Shown: positions 35,031-37,756 of the stretch, piece after piece
Numbering within the stretch: the stretch's first letter is position 1
How the letters are laid out: every line of letters starts with the position of its first letter
Source of the DNA: a virus
IMG/VR virus record: IMGVR_UViG_3300045988_093993
Strand: one strand, 5' to 3'
DNA length: 37,756 bases
Notes under the pieces: generated by a model
The model's database searches: none
Told to the model about the DNA's origin: nothing
The model's input: only the letters and a program-made list of their open reading frames with translations
Program-made: the position numbers and the translations under genes

Positions 35031-35765
35031 TTACCAGCCTTGTACGGAAATAACGTATTCGTCATGTTCTGGAAGGTTGTATTCGGATAGTTCAAAAGGT
35101 TTTGTTGTGCCAGCTGTCATGTTGTCTACATAAGTAGTATCTCCATAAACGATGGAACCATTGCTTTTCAACAGGACAGTGACGGCAACCATGTCAATAT
35201 CGGAATCACTGTTATTTGCAACTTCTCCGGTATAAGAAACAGCGCCATAATCCTGAACTATTTCACTTGTATTGGAAAACGAGAATGAAGATACCGGAAT
35301 GATTCCCGATGTATCCCCAGGAACGAAAGTTCCAGAGTGAATCGAAAATTCTACAGTGGCAGGCACCTTTCCGTTACAGTCGATAACACTTCCAAAAGAA
35401 ATAGTGTCGTTTGGCGCGATATAGAAGAGTGTCTGATCAGAAGTTCCAACAATAGAACCATCCTCTCCTTTGGCTGTGATGGTTAAAACCGGAAGCTGCA
35501 TCGCCCAATCAGCATTTGGATTGTTTAAAGTTACGCCATAATAAGCATAGACATCGCCCATTCCATCATCACTGATATAGTACCCACTTTCTGCAATAGA
35601 TGCTTCCTGCTTTTCGGCCTCTTTCTTCTCTTCTTTTTTCTGCGATACAGAATTACTGTTTGAAGTTTTCTGCGAACTAGAGTCACTTGCAGAAGAACCT
35701 CCACACGCAGTAAAAGATGTTGCCATAACTCCAGCCAACATTAGTGCTACAATTTTTCTTCTCAT
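35031..35765 (-). CDS. Prophage lipoprotein (candidate superinfection-exclusion factor)
   Basis: Signal peptide MRRKIVALMLAGVMATSFTAC with a lipobox Cys, then a Ser-rich linker. AAGGAGG RBS. Confidence 0.7.
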   Translation of the reverse strand: MRRKIVALMLAGVMATSFTACGGSSASDSSSQKTSNSNSVSQKKEEKKEAEKQEASIAESGYYISDDGMGDVYAYYGVTLNNPNADWAMQLPVLTITAKGEDGSIVGTSDQTLFYIAPNDTISFGSVIDCNGKVPATVEFSIHSGTFVPGDTSGIIPVSSFSFSNTSEIVQDYGAVSYTGEVANNSDSDIDMVAVTVLLKSNGSIVYGDTTYVDNMTAGTTKPFELSEYNLPEHDEYVISVQGW

Positions 35766-35833
35766 AAAGTTTGTCCTCCTTCTTATGGAATGTAGTATTT
35801 ATATAATCACAAAAGCGCGGTCATATATTAAAA

Positions 35834-36331
35834 TTAGTCTGTTTCGCTAAGTGCTATAGTTTTTGTTATTCCGGAAACTGTTACCTGATAGGTAATCTGT
35901 TTGCTTGAATCAGAATAAGAAAACTCTTTTGTATCATCCAGAGAAGCAAGAAGAGCGGAATCGGTTGCTTCTTTGTCTCTGGTAGATGTCCAAGTATATT
36001 CTTCAGAATATTCTGTAGGAGCAGTATAGGTTCCAACCCAGTAAACAGCAGTCGTGTTTCCTTCATCCATGATCCAGTTTATTGTGATGGTATCCTCTGT
36101 AATATCTGCCTGCATCCAAGTACCGTCATCATCTTTGTACTCCCATTTTCCAGTAAGCACAACAGGTTCTTTGACTTCTTCCTTTGCTTCCTCTTTTGGA
36201 GTTTCGGTAGATGCTTCTGTCTTCTTGGATGATTCCTTTGCTTCTTTTGATGAAGCGGAGCTATTGCCGCAGGCTGTAAATGACAGTGCCATGCTTCCAA
36301 TCAGAATCAATGCTACAAGTTTCTTTTTCAT
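35834..36331 (-). CDS. Prophage lipoprotein 2
   Basis: MKKKLVALILIGSMALSFTAC lipobox followed by a K/E-rich linker. GAGGAGG RBS. Confidence 0.7.
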   Translation of the reverse strand: MKKKLVALILIGSMALSFTACGNSSASSKEAKESSKKTEASTETPKEEAKEEVKEPVVLTGKWEYKDDDGTWMQADITEDTITINWIMDEGNTTAVYWVGTYTAPTEYSEEYTWTSTRDKEATDSALLASLDDTKEFSYSDSSKQITYQVTVSGITKTIALSETD

Positions 36332-36378
36332 AATTTTTCCTCCTCATAAAAAGTGTTTCTATATAATCGCATATGCGG

Positions 36379-36849
36379 TTATACCAATTTCATCACAGAC
36401 AACTGTGGTATAAAATACACCACATAATTATCTACCCGTTTACAAATCCCGTACTTATTCCGGTAACATTCAATACATTCTTCCAGAAATTCTTCTGTCA
36501 CTTCCAGGTATTCAGCGATTTCAAACCGGTTCTGGCAGCCATGCTCAAAGGCTCGTACCAGTCCGATCAGACCGATCTGCTTGTTGTACGCCCAGAGTCT
36601 TGCCTGACGTTCCTGTTTTCGGTTGGCAGCAGATGTCATATCAAGAATATTGCCAACGGAAGTGTAGTGGTGTCCGAGTTCTTCGGCAAGGACACAGGAT
36701 TTTTCTGTGGTTGTAGTAATATCCTGCCGGATTGCAATTCGACTACCTTTGATTCGACCATTATTATATTTTAGAGGTTTTTCTTTTACTGTGAGACCAA
36801 TATCGCTGGCCTCATCTAAAAGTGCTTCATAAGTGTTTATTGCTAACAC
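36379..36849 (-). CDS. ImmA/IrrE-family zinc metalloprotease (anti-repressor protease)
   Basis: HExxH as AEELGHHY. Located in the repressor operon. Start uncertain. Confidence 0.75.
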   Translation of the reverse strand: MLAINTYEALLDEASDIGLTVKEKPLKYNNGRIKGSRIAIRQDITTTTEKSCVLAEELGHHYTSVGNILDMTSAANRKQERQARLWAYNKQIGLIGLVRAFEHGCQNRFEIAEYLEVTEEFLEECIECYRNKYGICKRVDNYVVYFIPQLSVMKLV

Positions 36850-36859
36850 CCCCTAAAGA

Positions 36860-37435
36860 TCAATTTTTCTTTTTCAAAGTATAATTTTCTTTTATAAAAT
36901 ATCCATTACCGCCCTGCCAACAATAGATTTCGACTTTGCCAATACTACCATCCGCAAGATAATATATCCGTCCATGTATAGTTTTCCCTGTTTTTGAAGA
37001 TTCGCGTTTCCAAACCTCATCCGAAGATAATGGGGCAATTCTCATACTTAGAGGAAATTTAGCGGGTTTACCACTCTTGGTAGTAGGAGAACAAAACAAA
37101 CAGCAAAAGTCATCGTGTCCAGATTTCATGCCTTCAGATGAAAATCGAGCAGTTGCAACATCAATACTGAAACGAGAAAAAATTTTATCCGTTTTGGCAT
37201 GTTCTTTGATTATACTATTGATTTTTTTCAAGTCCTCTCTTGCCTTATTAAGATTTATTCCTTCAATGAGATAACACGGATCGGAATTAGGAGTATGTTT
37301 ATAAACTTTAATGTTTGTAAAATCATATCCTATATTAGGGAAGAGCTTCATATCTTCGACAGTCACAGTTTTAACAGCAGGAACAGTAGGTTTTGGCTTT
37401 GGTACTTCTTTTTTGAAAAAATTGAAAAATCCCAT
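36860..37435 (-). CDS. Hypothetical 191-aa protein inserted between the repressor and ImmA
   Basis: AAGGAG RBS, AT-rich, no recognisable motif. Separated from its neighbours by 10 to 11 nt, so operonic. Confidence 0.6.
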   Translation of the reverse strand: MGFFNFFKKEVPKPKPTVPAVKTVTVEDMKLFPNIGYDFTNIKVYKHTPNSDPCYLIEGINLNKAREDLKKINSIIKEHAKTDKIFSRFSIDVATARFSSEGMKSGHDDFCCLFCSPTTKSGKPAKFPLSMRIAPLSSDEVWKRESSKTGKTIHGRIYYLADGSIGKVEIYCWQGGNGYFIKENYTLKKKN

Positions 37436-37446
37436 AAATTATCTCC

Positions 37447-37756
37447 TTAAAAATTATCATCATCCATAACATCATTATCTGATGTATCTGTTCCTTCAGG
37501 AATATTTATATCTGTACGTGTGTGCGCAGCATTAAGTTGTGGACTTGTTTGCATTTCCTGAAGTGATAGCAACTGAGTAGTGTATTTGTCAATATCCTTT
37601 CGGTTTATTTCGTGTAAGTGTAAATAATTTTTAAAATGTTCTTTTTCGGAAGGTGAAAAATCTTTTATGCTATCAATTATATCTTCCAAATTATCATTGA
37701 TAAAAGCATTTGCAATATCACCATCACTAACAGTCCATCCCATCAGATACGCTGGA
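37447..37756 (-). CDS. C-terminal part of the XRE/cI-type repressor (continuation of 228..1; 37702..37756 duplicates 1..55)
   Basis: The reading frame ...DIANAF|INDNLEDII... is continuous across the junction. Acidic C-terminal tail. Confidence 0.8.
   Translation of the reverse strand, partial: PAYLMGWTVSDGDIANAFINDNLEDIIDSIKDFSPSEKEHFKNYLHLHEINRKDIDKYTTQLLSLQEMQTSPQLNAAHTRTDINIPEGTDTSDNDVMDDDNF
37702..37756. repeat. Terminal direct repeat copy 2 (identical to 1..55)
   Basis: Same 55-mer as 1..55. It lies inside a coding sequence, so it is most simply an assembly overlap of a circular molecule. Confidence 0.97.

Larger units (their letters stand above)
1..37756. mobile_element. Complete temperate siphovirus-type phage genome (circularly closed contig)
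   Basis: Full set of lysogeny, replication, packaging, head, tail, lysis and integration modules in canonical order. Ends are 55-nt identical. The repressor ORF continues in frame across the junction. Confidence 0.85.

Noticed and set aside
1-37756. CRISPR arrays, diversity-generating retroelement (DGR), toxin-antitoxin pairs.
   Set aside because: No 25-40 bp direct repeats with unique spacers were seen. No reverse transcriptase or TR/VR pair is present, so fibre variation is not DGR-based. No convincing two-gene TA motif was recognised.

Overview
The window is a complete temperate siphovirus-type phage or prophage genome, about 37.7 kb, probably from a low/medium-GC Firmicute (Clostridia-like). 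Supporting traits are a GH25 + Cpl-7 + LysM endolysin, an ImmR/ImmA-type switch and a large serine integrase. The first 55 nt are identical to the last 55 nt. This looks like a circular-assembly overlap, and the repressor gene reads in frame across the junction. Gene order on the + strand is: Cro-like HTH and antirepressor; replication module (HD hydrolase, AAA_24/Sak4-like ATPase, DUF669/SSB-like, ERCC4 nuclease, zf-CHC2, DUF927 helicase); a GGTAAC iteron array; small early genes; late regulator; an AT-rich P-loop NTPase moron; tRNA-Met; TerS/TerL; a tRNA-like remnant; portal; MuF; scaffold; capsid; connectors; tail (with a -1 frameshift chaperone and tape measure); tail fibre; lysis genes. 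The - strand carries the lysogeny operon: repressor, unknown 191-aa protein, ImmA protease, two lipoproteins and the integrase. Findings most worth follow-up: (1) a shufflon / Mu-G-segment-like cassette switch for the C-terminal domain of the tail fibre. It has a perfect 25-bp inverted repeat, a third in-frame site inside the expressed gene, and two silent cassettes with no start codon, yet no dedicated invertase is encoded. (2) A terminator-insulated, self-promoted, strongly AT-rich 509-aa AAA+/STAND-like P-loop NTPase inserted between the late regulator and the terminase, which is a candidate prophage defence gene. (3) A MuF head protein with a fused JAB-like C-terminal domain followed by a small overlapping ORF. 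(4) A tRNA-like element lacking the anticodon arm. (5) A candidate origin of 3 + 5 inverted GGTAAC iterons. (6) Uncharacterised cargo in the lysogeny operon. All functional calls rest on motif recognition by eye; no database search was run.
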